The translations under genes and the position numbers were made by a program. 64,000 nt of DNA, from NCBI RefSeq assembly GCF_006345805.1, contig NC_043001.1:9858001-9922000 (forward strand), given 5' to 3'. This DNA is from Octopus sinensis. Taxonomy: Eukaryota. The notes beneath the pieces are model-generated. The model searched no databases, was not told the DNA's origin, and saw only the letters and a list, made by a program, of their open reading frames with translations. Shown here piece after piece: positions 36,956 through 49,040 of the stretch. Positions within the stretch are counted from its first letter, which is position 1; every line of letters begins with the position of its first letter.

Positions 36956-37682
36956 TATATAAAAATTGCATAAAGTCACATAATTTTGCAGGCTGGAACA
37001 GTTAACTTTATTGACTCCACTCCACCACAATCTGCTCTAAGTATTTGAATAACAAATTATTTTCTGCCCCAGGAGTATGAACAGCAGAACCAACTTCGGC
37101 AAAATTTGAAACCAAAGCTTAAGTGTTGCATATAAATTCTACAAAGCAGTTTCGTCTGTTGCTCTACCAATTCTACTAGTCACCAATCTTTCCTTTTTAT
37201 TTTCTTTCCTAAGTGTTTCCATGGAGGGGAATCAAAGCCAGGCTGAGATAATATCTAAATATTATTTCTAGTAAAACACAAAACCTAAAAGTTTCTGAGA
37301 AGGGAGTTTGTTAAAAGTGCCATGCCCCACTAAATAACTGGTACTGGATTTTGTCAACCCTGAAAGGATAAAAATTCAAGGTTCGTTTGAGTGGGATTTG
37401 AAACCAGAATATCCAGAACCAGAAGTCATACTGCTTGATATTTTCTTCAATGTCCTAACAAATTGGTCAGCTCAAATCCCTTAGATATATCTCAATAGGG
37501 GTTTCAAGGGTGGGGGAAAGTTGTTTATGCTGACCCAAGTGATCAACCACTATTTGATTGACCCTGAAAGGATGAAAGGCAAGGTCAAGTAACCCCAGCA
37601 GATTTTCAAATCAGAATCTAAAGGCAAACAAAATGCCATTTAGCAGTTTGCCCAGGAGTGCTAATGATGCTGGCTTCTCACT

Positions 37683-37692
37683 ACTTTCATCC

Positions 37693-37723
<31 letters not shown>

Positions 37724-37925
37724 AATCGTTTAACATCCATTTTCCATGCTGGCATGGGTTGGACAGTTTGATTGAAGACTGGCAAGCCAGGAGGCTACAC
37801 CAGGCTCCAATCTGATCTTGTAAAGTTTCTACAGCTGGATGCCCTTCCTAACACCAACCACTCCGAGAGTGTAGTGGGTGCGTTTTTCGTGCCACTGCCA
37901 CAGGAGCCAGTCAGGTGGCACTAAC
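37683..37925 (-). mobile_element. SINE family C
   Basis: (CAT)n then ttaacatccattttccatgctggcatgggttggac. Confidence 0.9.
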
Positions 37926-38558
37926 ATGGCGTAGGACTGGTTCATTTCATGGCACTTTCAGTAAACCAGACTTATGAGTTGTTTTGGCAGAAAGTGAAAG
38001 AAGCTGACCATGTGTCTGTGTGGGGGGGGGGGGAATGTTTGTGTCCCTTGTCTTGCCATCGCACAATTGTTATAAATAAGCGTCACCATACACATGGCAT
38101 CGTTCATTTTATAATCTATGGAAACTTCTGCCTATGAAGAAATATCACCTTCTTTAAGAAAAGGGAAAGGTTAGCAGCTGGAAGAGCATCTGGTTGTAGA
38201 AAATCTCTTGATTCTGTCTGACTCGTGCAAGCAAAGAAAATTGGACATTTAAACAATGATGATGATGATGGCATTAATGATTATATATGCGAACACACAC
38301 ACACACACACATCATCATCATCATCATCATCTATATATATGTACAAATATATATGTGTGTGTATATATGTATATATATATATATGTATATATATATATAC
38401 CAATGCTGCAAGCCAAACTGACCAACTTACCACACCAGTATCTCCACTGCCAGCAGCACCAACCCGTATTTCCACCACCACCATCCACCACCATTGCCAA
38501 CCACCTACCTCGTCTCCATGTTCGCTTTTGTTTTGATCTTAGCTTTTGATCTCTGCAG

Positions 38559-38642
38559 GCAATACATTAGTAAAAGTAGTCGAACAGCAATTTACTTGAA
38601 ACTGTTGATAACAATATCTGCAGCTTTGATTCTCATAAGCAG
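38559..38642 (+). CDS. Candidate 84-nt phase 2-2 coding exon encoding a hydrophobic signal/TM-like segment (QYISKSSRTAIYLKLLITISAALILIS)
   Basis: Acceptor cttttgatctctgcag, donor CAG|gtaatt, length a multiple of 3, only one stop-free frame; no recognised homologue. Confidence 0.4.
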
Positions 38643-38962
38643 GTAATTTTTAATTCATTTTAAATAAAGAGTCTGGGACCCTGTAATTTCGATAAGAACC
38701 ACTGTTTAATAACATTATCTGCGACTGTATGTGGCTTCTACGCTTGGTGTGTGTGTGTGTGTTTGCATATTCTGGTATAAAATGCTGCACCGAGTTGCAT
38801 TTCTTATGTCGGGAATGGTAAACAAGTAGCAGACTGGAAGAAGTGTCGGGGTTGATGTGATTAATCATAAACCTAGTGCCCCAGCATGAATGTAGCTCAA
38901 TTGTTAGTACCAGGATATGAATAACAGTTTGTGAAAAATAACCAAAAACTAACGTATCTATA

Positions 38963-39128
38963 TAGGCGCAGGAGTGGCTGTGTGATAAGTAGCTTGCAAA
39001 CAACCACATGATTCCGGGTTCAGTCACACTGCGTGGCATCTTGGGCAAGTGTCTTCTGCTATAGCCCCGGGCCGACCAATGCCTTGTGAGTGGATTTGGT
39101 AGACGGAAACTGAAAGAAGCCTGTCGTA

Positions 39129-39179
<51 letters not shown>

Positions 39180-39395
39180 TTGTGTGTCTGTGTTTGTCCC
39201 CCTAGCATTGCTTGACAACCGATGCTGGTGTGTTTACGTCCCCGTCACTTAGCGGTTCGGCAAAAGAGACTGATAGAATAAGTACTGGGCTTACAAAGAA
39301 TAAGTCCCGGGGTCGATTTGCTCGACTAAAGGCAGTGCTCCAGCATGGCCGCAGTCAAATGACTGAAACAAGTAAAAGCATAAAGAGTAAAAGAG
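38963..39395 (+). mobile_element. SINE family A, full length, young subfamily
   Basis: Near-identical to the 21065 and 54240 copies. Confidence 0.9.
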
Positions 39396-39534
39396 AGAGA
39401 TATGGACGTGCATGTGTGTGTGCATGTGTGTGTGCATGTGTGTGTGCATGTGTGTGTGTGCATGTGTGTGTGCATGTGTGTGTGCATGTGTGTGTGTGGA
39501 ATATACACATATGTGTTGTCATCATCATTCTAAT

Positions 39535-39935
39535 CTTTTTATTTGTTTTGGTCATTTGACTGTGGCCATGCTGGAGCACCACCTTTTAGTTAAAGAAATC
39601 AAGCTGAGGACTTATTCTTTGTAAGCTGGGTGCTTTATCTATCGGTCTCTTTTGACAAACCACTGAGTTACAGAGATGTAAACATACCAACATTGGTTGC
39701 CAAGCGACGGTGGGTTGAGAAACACAGACACAATTACACACACATAAAAATATATATGTGTATATATATATATATGCGATGGGCTTCTTTCAGTTTCCAT
39801 CTACCAAATCCACTCACAAGGCTTTGGTCGGGCCGAGGCTATAGTAGAAGACACTTGCCCAAGGTGCCTCACAGTGGGAGTGAACCTAGAACCATGTGGT
39901 TTGGAAGCAAGCTTCTTATCACACACCCACGCCTG
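39535..39935 (-). mobile_element. SINE family A, inverted relative to the 38963 copy
   Basis: Reverse-complement tail ggtcatttgactgtggccatgctggagcacc and head. Confidence 0.85.
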
Positions 39936-40419
39936 TCTATTTTTCCATGTTTGCATGGCTGAGATAGGACTTGAAGCAGATTTTTTTGTACACATCTGGA
40001 TGAATGTCCTTCTTGTTGTCACCCCATGCTTGTTTCAAAGCAAACTAATATTTCTCACAGCTGGAAATGTTTTCATAGAATATTGGAAACAAATGACACT
40101 GCTTGTATGACAGTGAGGCTCATTTACAACTACCACACACTGTCAAACCTAAGGAGACACACACATACAAACGCACACACACACACACACAAACACATAC
40201 ACATGCACGCACACACACACACACGCACACACACACATACGGCAGGTTTCTTTTAATTTCCCCTTACCAAATCCACTCACAAGGTTTTGGTCTGCCTGGT
40301 GCTGCAGAAAATATTTGCCCAAAGCACCATGCAGTGAGACTGACAGAACCCAATACCATGTACTTCAAAAGCAAATTCCTTAACCTCATAGCCATGCCTG
40401 TACCTTACTTATGTGTGTC

Positions 40420-40479
<60 letters not shown>

Positions 40480-40504
40480 TGGGAGAGAAACATATACATG
40501 TAAG

Positions 40505-40915
40505 CGTAGGAGTGGCTGTGTGGTAAGTAGCTTGCTAAACAACCACATGGTTCTGGGTTCATTCCCACTGGGTGGCACCTTGGGCAAGTGTCTTCTACTA
40601 TAGCCTTGGGCCAACCAAACCCTTGTGAGTGGATTTGTTAGATGGAAACTGAAAGAAGCCCGTCATATATATGTATATATATATATGTAAGTGTGTATAT
40701 ATGTTTGTGTGTCTGTGTTTGTCCCCCCCAATATCGCTTTACAACCAATGCTGGTGTGCTTACATCCCCGTAACTAAGCAGTTCGGCAAAAAGAGACCGA
40801 TATAATAAGTACTAGGCTTACAAAGAATAAGTCCTGGGGTCGATTTGCTTGACTAAAGAAAGGCGGTGCTCCAGCATGGCCGCAGTCAAAAAATACTGAA
40901 ACAAGTAAAAGAGAG
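40505..40915 (+). mobile_element. SINE family A, full length
   Basis: gcgtaggagtggctgtgtggtaagtagc head to gtaaaagagag tail. Confidence 0.9.
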
Positions 40916-41331
40916 ATGTATGTGTATACGATGGGCTCTTGCACACAGTCTTTCTATAAATTCTCTGCATAAAGCGCCACAGAGTGGGACATATATTCAC
41001 AGACAATGGTAAATATTTCAGCATACATGCTAAGATGCTTAGAGCTCCCATCGTAGATATATAGATAAGAAACATGTCTATAAATGTTATAACATTTCAG
41101 GAATAACTCGCTGTATTATTTTCATATGGATGTAATGGCATTCTTCTCTCAACAGGTCACATGATACACAGTCTTCAGTTATTTGTGTCTCTTCTAAATA
41201 TTTGTGATGTAGACAGAGATGGTGTCTCCATTCTTTCTGTCTGTCTGTCTGTCACTACTTTTACGCATACATCTCTTCATCTCACTTTCATTATACACAA
41301 ATTCATCTGTGTGTCTGTATGTGAGTATGTA

Positions 41332-41378
<47 letters not shown>

Positions 41379-41547
41379 GTGTGTGAGTGTATGTGTATAT
41401 ATTTATATTTATAAATATATATATTAAATATTTATCAATATATATGCATGTGTATATATGTGTGTGTATATATATATATGTACATGTATTACATTCAGAA
41501 AGAGACAAAGAAAGAAAAGAAATTTTTTTCTTTTTTCCCACATATAT

Positions 41548-41692
41548 TCTGTCTCTCTCTCTAACTCTCCCTCTCTCTCTCACTCTCTCTCTCTCTAACT
41601 ATCTCTCTCTCTCTCTCTCTCTCTCTCTAGCTCTCTCTCTCTCTCTCTCTACCTCTCTCTCTCTCTCTCTCTCTCTCTTAATCTCTCTCTCT
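41548..41692. repeat. (TC)n polypyrimidine microsatellite
   Basis: Direct reading. Confidence 0.95.
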
Positions 41693-43494
41693 CATTCACC
41701 ACCACCACCACCACCTCCAACACCACCAACTCTCTATTTCCATGTGTTTGAAGATTTATGAATTTCTTCCTAATTAACTGGTCTGAACAAGAAGATGGCA
41801 AAGCCATTCTATTTGTCTGAGGGATTTTCTCTTCAACCTCCCACCCCACCTCATTTTTATTTAGAGTTTTCATATTTTCATTTCTTTTTTGATACTTAAG
41901 AAGAATTTACATCTTCAGGTGTGTGTATGCGCATGTATGTATTTAATTTTTGTTGTTGTGGTTGTTGCATTAGATGTTCTGTTATGTAAAGACTGTCACC
42001 AAGGACTCACTCACAGATCGATAAATCTGGATTGTTCTATATTCAATTGATTTTTTTTTCTTCTCCTCCTCCACCTCCTTCCACCTTTTTATTGATATTT
42101 TCTGATGTGAATATAACATAATCTTAAAAATTTGGAATTTTTCAATGAAAAAACGTGGCATAGAATTACACTTCTTGAATTCTTCTTGAATTCTGTTAGT
42201 GTTTTGTCCATGAGAAAAGCACTGCTGTGAAAAATATATTCAATGCTGCCTAGATATCTAGACATATTTCTTCACCTTTTTTTTTGTCATTTTTTTCTTT
42301 TGATGTTTTCGTTTTTTTTTTGTTGTTTTTTTCGTACAGAAATGCAAAACTAGTGTGTACTCCTACAATATTTGACTGTACTGTATGTTCATTGTGTTGA
42401 AAAATCCAAAATAAAAGCTAAGAATAATCTCTATAAAATCCAGCCCTATAGAAATTTCTTTCACATATATCATGTACATTCTTTTTCTTTAAAGCTTTTG
42501 GCTTTCTTTCTCTTTCTTTCTTTCTTTCTTTCTTTTTTTTTTTTTTGTCTTGATCCAATAACTTCTCATTTGTGATATAATTAAGATTATTGATAGAAAT
42601 TCTACCTCTGTGCTTTTGAAATTTCTTTTCTTTCTTTGTCTCTCTCTCTTTCTGCATGTAATACATATACATATATACACACACATATATATATTAATAT
42701 ATATTTAATATATATTTATAACTGTATGCATATACACATACACATACATATATATTAATATATATTTAATATATATATATTTACAAATATATGGATATAC
42801 ACACACATATGTGCACAAGCGCATGCATTTGTGTGTATATATATTCATTCCTTTCAGCACACTTCCAACTGTTGAATACTTTGTTGGCTTCCAGTATGAT
42901 GTTATGTATACTCCCAGTGGCATGTGAATACCTCAATTGACATGCTAGTTTTATGTTATCAAACAACCATAAATTTAACGGTCTGTTTCTTTTAACATTT
43001 TCCATTACTTTTTCAAGCTGTCATTGGTTAGAATTTTCAAAAATACCATTTTCTAATTCAATTATGGAACGGAAGATTCTGATCTTCAGTTTGTTGAACA
43101 AATTAAAATGAGACTTATTATTCCTCATCTACAGGTATACTTCTTTAGTAGATGTGAAATGGTCAAGTGGATAAACTATTGAACTGTCTAGGCTGCTAGT
43201 TCAAATCTCATACAAGAGTCTTGTGCTTTTAGGCTGCTGATATTAATTAAAGTGATAAATACTAATGGGATGTTTTAGTAGCTCGGATTCTCTGAACTGG
43301 GCAGAGAACAGGAACAGGACAAAGAATACAGACACTATTGGTGCCAAAAATCAATTATAACAAACCATTGTTTTTTTTTTGTTTATTTTCCAATCTACAG
43401 AGATAGGTAAAAGTCACGTGTCTGTGTGTCTGCTACATAGGATTACTATATTCTATGTTGCCACGAATCACATATCTGTAAGAAATTAGTGATC

Positions 43495-43900
43495 ATAATC
43501 ATTTACTGTCCATTTGCAAGCTGGCATGGGTCAGAGAGTTTGACAGGAACTGGTATGGCCAGGAGCCACATCAGGCTCCAATTGTCTGTTTTGGAATGGG
43601 CAAGCTGGCAGAAACGTTAGCATGCCAGGCGAAATGCTTAACAGTATTTCGTCTGCTGCTACATTCTGAGTTCAAATTCTGCCGAGGTCAACTTTGCCTT
43701 TCATCCTTTTGGGGTTAATTAAATAAGTACCAGTTACGCACTGGGGTCAATATAATCGCCTTAATTCGTATGTCTGTCCTTGTTTGTCCTCTCTGTTTAG
43801 CCCCTTGTGGGTAGTAAAGAGATAGGAATGGTTTCTACAGTTGAATGTCTTTCCTAACACCAACCATGTCACAAAGTACACGGAATGTTTTTAATGTGAC
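43495..43900 (-). mobile_element. SINE family C (-) interrupted by a SINE family B copy (+, about 43600-43828)
   Basis: C sequence ..ctgttttggaatgg resumes as gaatggtttctacagttgaatg after the B tail aaagagatag. Confidence 0.75.
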
Positions 43901-44115
43901 CACCAGCACCTCACTTTTTGTTTTCAGACACATTGTTTAACAGACCGTTGTCCATGCTGTTACCAGCCTTTATTTGTGTTTTGAGTAAGGGATTTTTTTC
44001 ACTCTGTTCAACTTTGATTCTCACTCTGAATAAACTTTTGATTGCTGGACAATTGTGTACGAAGTGCAACACAGCATGGTAGGGAAACACTGGTATTAAA
44101 TGCAGAAGGTATTAA

Positions 44116-44578
44116 GGCGGTGAGCTGGCAGAAACATTAGCACGCCGGGCAAAATGCTTAGCCGTATTTCATCTACCGTTACGTTATGAGTTCAAATTCC
44201 GCCGAGGTCGGCTTTGCCTTTCATCCTTTCGGGGTCGATAAATTAAGTACCAGTTACGCACTGGAGTCGATGTAATCGACTAAATACCTATGTCTGTCCT
44301 TGTTTGTCCCCTCTATGTTTAGCCCCTTGTGGGTAATAAAGAAATAGGTATTAAATGCAGAAACGTTAGCATGCCGGGCGAAATGCTTAGCACCATTTCG
44401 TCTGCCACTTCGTTCTGGGTTCAAATTCTGCCGAGGTCAACTTTGCCTTTCATCCTTTTGGGGTTGATTAAATAAGTACCAGTTACTCACTGGGCTCGAT
44501 GTAATCGTCTTAATCCGTTTGTCTACCCTTGTTTGTCCTCTGTGTTTGGCCCCTTGTGGGCAGTAAAGAAATAGGTAT
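44116..44578 (+). mobile_element. Two tandem SINE family B copies
   Basis: ggcggtgagctggcagaaac head (A-box-like), gagttcaaattcc B box, tail gccccttgtggg.agtaaagaaataggtatt, present twice. Confidence 0.9.
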
Positions 44579-44760
44579 TGTGATGGCATTCTAATATTTC
44601 ATAAGAGACAACTAACCCCTTTACACGAACTTCATAGAGGTAGGAGAAAACTTGTTTTTAAATGAATTTACTGAAGAGAGTATTGTTGTAAGGGTCATAA
44701 ATTCTTTGATTTTCAATAGAGCAAACCCAGTAAATTTTCTTCTAATATTTCTGTTCGTAG

Positions 44761-44894
44761 AATATTGTGGTATAAAATGCTTGTAATTTGTTTTGAAATG
44801 ATACACCATCAGACCAAAGGATTAAGTGAAGTTGAAGTCATATTGTGTATAAAAATAGCCAAAAATTTTGTATGTTTATACTTATGCCAGAATG
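44761..44894 (+). other. Candidate 134-nt exon (phase 2-1), unassigned
   Basis: Acceptor tctaatatttctgttcgtag, donor ATG|gtaagt, one frame open; peptide not convincing. Confidence 0.2.
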
Positions 44895-45639
44895 GTAAGT
44901 TCAGCATGATGGCACAGCCTGTGACAACAGCCAGAAATAACACCACAAGAGAAAAGAAACTGCTGAGAAATTTTTGAAGTTGGTGTAATCTTGGATGTTG
45001 GTTTATTCCCAGGTGAGCCAGATGCAACAGAACTATGATGAAAGGCATTCCAGCTGTGACATCTTTGTTTATCTAGAATTACATTGTCTAATGAGGGCCC
45101 CTTACTTTTCTTTCTTTTTTTCTTTTTTGTTTCATAAAAGTCAGTAGGGTGTGATTTAAGTGAAAGGATTTGGCTGTTATTTTTAGCTGATTAAGTGACC
45201 ACATGGAGGTTCTTCGGTTAATTTAGCCATTTTAAGTGAGTGCAACGAGGGTTGTGGTTGGAGGTTGTGTTTAACTCTAGATCTACTCTGATTGAGCAAT
45301 CTGATGTTCAAAGTTGTTCCAGACATGACCATCCATTCTTTTTATGGATATATCTGACTACATTGTTAGGGACATGGTTATAATATCAGACAGATCAAAT
45401 GGGTACACGGAAGCTCTCTCTTTGGCTTGTGTAATTTGGCATACAAATGCAAATACAAGAGCTGTATGTAGCGTGGTGCCATGGCTCATTTTCGGCAAAC
45501 TACATTTCTATTCTTTCTTCATTGTTTCCCATCGGTGCCGGTCCAACACGCCAAACATCATCTGCTACACCCGACAACTTATTTTGATTCCACAGCATCA
45601 CATTCCACTACATATATATTAGTTTCAAATTCTGGCACA

Positions 45640-45825
45640 AGGCCGGCAATTTCGGTGGGGTTGGGGTAGTAAGTCAATTTTATCGACCCCAGTATTCAAC
45701 TGGTACTTATTCTATTGTATTGACCCCAAAAGTCAAAGTCTATCTCGGCAGAATTTGAACACAAAATGTGAAGACAAACAAAACGTTTTTGTTTGGCTAA
45801 CGATTCTACCAGCTCAACACCTTAG
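45640..45825 (-). mobile_element. Degenerate SINE family B
   Basis: ggcacaaggcc..tcgaccccagtattcaactggtac..aatttgaac. Confidence 0.7.
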
Positions 45826-46114
45826 AAGAGATATATGTTAAATAAGGATCTTCAGACATTATTATATTCTTGATAAAGGAAAGCAATAAGTAGAATCCAA
45901 GAAAGTTGAAGGATTTTGTCCAAACTGACACTTCACATCTACTCATGAGGCATCAACTTACCATTTATTACAAATTCCATTCATGATAAACTTTACCACA
46001 AGTTTCTTACTGGCATGCAATGTGCTAATTATTATTGGAGTCAATAATTGGTATTAATGATTATGATTTATAATTCTCTCTGCTTAGGAGTAATCGATAT
46101 TTAAATATAGTAAG

Positions 46115-46515
46115 ACAGTGAGCTTGCAGAAATGTTAGCATGTGGAGCAAAAAGGCTTAGCGGTAGTTCGTCTGTCTTTATGTTCTGAGTTCAAATTCCA
46201 CCGAGGTCAACTTTGCCTTTCATCCTTTCAGGGTCGATTACATTGTCTAATGAGGGCCCCTACTTTTCTTTCCTTTTTTTTTTTTGTTTTGTTTCATAAA
46301 AGTCGGTAGGGTGTGATTTAAGTGAAAGGAATTGGCTGTTATTTTTAGCTAGTTAAGTGACCACATGGAGGTTCTTTGGGGTCGATATATTCAACTTAAT
46401 CCATTTGCCTGTCCTTGTTTGTCCTCTCTATGTTTAGCCCCTAGTGGGTAGTAAAGAAATAGGTATTTCGTCTGTCTTTATGTTCTGAGTTCAAATTCCA
46501 CCGAAGTCAACTTTG
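46115..46515 (+). mobile_element. SINE family B dimer carrying a 140-bp insert copied from 45078-45214
   Basis: B body is broken at 46237-46376 by sequence nearly identical to 45078-45214. Confidence 0.8.
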
Positions 46516-46612
46516 TAGTAGAGTTACAGATTGGAATAAACTAACAGAAGTAGTATGGGAGCTTACGCTGTAATAGCATGTTGCTGCATTTACCATTCCT
46601 TACTCTTGGCAG

Positions 46613-46656
46613 ATAATGCCTATGCACCACTCAGGCAACAATTTTTCAACCCACAG
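46613..46656 (+). other. Candidate 44-nt exon (x-NAYAPLRQQFFNPQ, phase 1-0)
   Basis: Acceptor ccattccttactcttggcag, donor CAG|gtgcgt; two frames are open. Confidence 0.3.
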
Positions 46657-46756
46657 GTGCGTTTGGGTAGACTTTGCTAGTGTCAGTTTTATAAGATTGG
46701 AGGGCAAATTCTATCTCAACCTCTTTTAGTCATCTCCTGTGTGCATGTATTCATAA

Positions 46757-47060
46757 GTGTGTGGCTGTGTGGTAAGTAGCTTGCTTACCAACCACATGGT
46801 TCAGGTTGATGGAAACTGAAAGAAGCCTATTGTATATATGTGTATATATATATGTGTGTGTATGTGTGTGTGTGTGCATATATGTTTGTGTGTGTCCCCC
46901 AACATCGCCTGACAACCGATGCTGGTGTGTTTATGTCCTCATAACTTAGCGGTTTGGCAAAGGAGACTGATAGAATAAGCACTAGGCTTACAAAGAATGG
47001 GTCCTGTGGTTGATTTCTTCGACAGCATGGCCACAGTCAAATGACTGAAACGATTAAAAG
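46757..47060 (+). mobile_element. SINE family A with two internal deletions
   Basis: Head runs directly into gatggaaactgaaagaagcc; tail lacks the ggcggtgctcc block. Confidence 0.8.
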
Positions 47061-47119
47061 ACTATGCATGCGTGAGGATGTATTCAAGCACAGATGAAAC
47101 TTAAGTCGATTCTTTGTCA

Positions 47120-47258
47120 CGCCAGTCCCCACAGAGCACCTGAGCAGAATGGAAAGAAGTGTTTTGCTCAAGAACAAAACACACTGCCCAGTCCAGGAAT
47201 TGAACTCAGCATCTGATGAACATGAGTGCAACAGCCTACCCACTAGGCCTCATGCCTT
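47120..47258 (-). mobile_element. tRNA-derived SINE head, CORE-like (family E/F type)
   Basis: Reverse complement gives ggcctagtgggtagg..gagttcaattcc..gtgttttgttcttgagcaaaacactt. Confidence 0.6.
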
Positions 47259-47414
47259 CATTACAGTACTTCATTATTTAACATTGCAAAATCACCTGTA
47301 ACCAAATACTTGCTTACCTGTGATTTTATTGTTACCTGTGATTTTATTGCATTGTTTCCCATTGAAGTGGATGCAAGATGCAATGATGTGCCAATCCCCA
47401 ATAAATAGCAATGC

Positions 47415-48045
47415 AAGCACACACACACAGATACACACACACACACACACACACACAGATACACACATTCACTGGTGCACGTGAACATACACATTTATAT
47501 GTGCATGCACATATGAATATGTACAAGCACACAAATACGTTTGCACATACAGACACATACACACAGACATGCAAGTAGTTACATGCACACACACACGCGC
47601 ATGTTGATACATACACACACAGTCATGCATGCAGAAATACCTGCATACACACACATGCATACATGCACACACAAGGGCATGCATGAATACATCCTCACAC
47701 TCATAGAAATTCATGCACACCCATGCAAGTACCTGCACACATACACTTACGAATACATGCATGCATGCACACATACATGCATGCACATATACTTCCATGC
47801 ACACAAAGCTATGCACATCCACATAAATCCATCTACACACATGCGAATTCATGCATCACACATGCATCCATGCATGCATGCATGAGCACAAGCTCACACT
47901 CTTAAACATGCATTCATACCCACTTGAAGGTGAATGCACCTGTGGGTACACACACACACACACATTTGAGTGCATGCATGCACATGTAAACACATGCAGT
48001 CAAGTATGCATTATGCACATGCACACACACACACACACACACGCA
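47415..48045. repeat. Cryptic (CA/CATG/CATA) low-complexity tract
   Basis: Direct reading; source of the His/Met/Cys-rich ORFs in the track. Confidence 0.9.
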
Positions 48046-48607
48046 GATTTTGGTGTGAATAGCAGTGAAGATCAGTCGTAGAATCTAAAATTCTAAAATT
48101 CTTGGAGGAATTTTTTTTTCAAGAATCTTTTTTCTTTTCAAGGGAAACGGTGCATGCTGTTATTTCTAACATGACTAATGCTTTATTAGCAGAAAATAGT
48201 GCAAGCTATTATTTTCAACACAACTAATGCTTTATTAGCTGGAAAGAACGGACCTCTTTTGGAAAGAACATTTTGGTTCCTGGATACCATTATTTAGTAT
48301 AGGGTCAATGATTATTTTTCATGCTGATAGCATCTGCCAGCAATTTCTGTGAGTAATTTATTATCTAAAATATGTTAATTTTCAAACCGATTTCTGTACA
48401 ACATTGGCCATCTTTTTAGTGATTCTCCCATCGTTATCTTGGCAAAGTTGATGGTTATGCAGGGTTATCTCCCATATTCATCAGAACCATTAAATTAATG
48501 ATTCAGCTAATATTGTCTTTTTCTCACCTTTTATTTCTAATTTCTTTTTTTTTTTTTTTGAATGCTCAGTGTATTAAATATATCGACACAAACTTTGCTA
48601 AGAATCC

Positions 48608-49040
48608 AAACAGGCACAGGAGTGGCTGTGTGGTAAGTAGCTTGCTTACCAACCACATGATCATGGGTTCAGTCCCACTGTGTGGCACCTTGGGCAAGTG
48701 TCTTCTACTATAGCCTTGGGCTGACAAAAGCCTTGTGAGTGGATTTGGTAAATGGAAACTGGAAGAAGCCCAACGTATATGTTTATATATATATATCTAT
48801 ATGTATATATGTGTGTGTGTGTGCGTGTATTTGTGTGTCTGCGTGTATTTGTGTGTCTGTGTTTGTCCCTCCAACATCGTTTGACAACCGATGCTGGTAT
48901 GTTTATGTCCCTGTAGCATAGCATTTCGGCAAAAGAGACCGATAGAATAAGTACTAGGCTTACAAATAATAAGCTCTGGGGTCAATTTGTTCGATTAAAA
49001 GCGGTGTTCCAGCATGGCCACAGTCAAATGATTGAAACAA
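48608..49040 (+). mobile_element. SINE family A, full length
   Basis: ggcacaggagtggctgtgtggtaagtagc head to tail. Confidence 0.9.
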
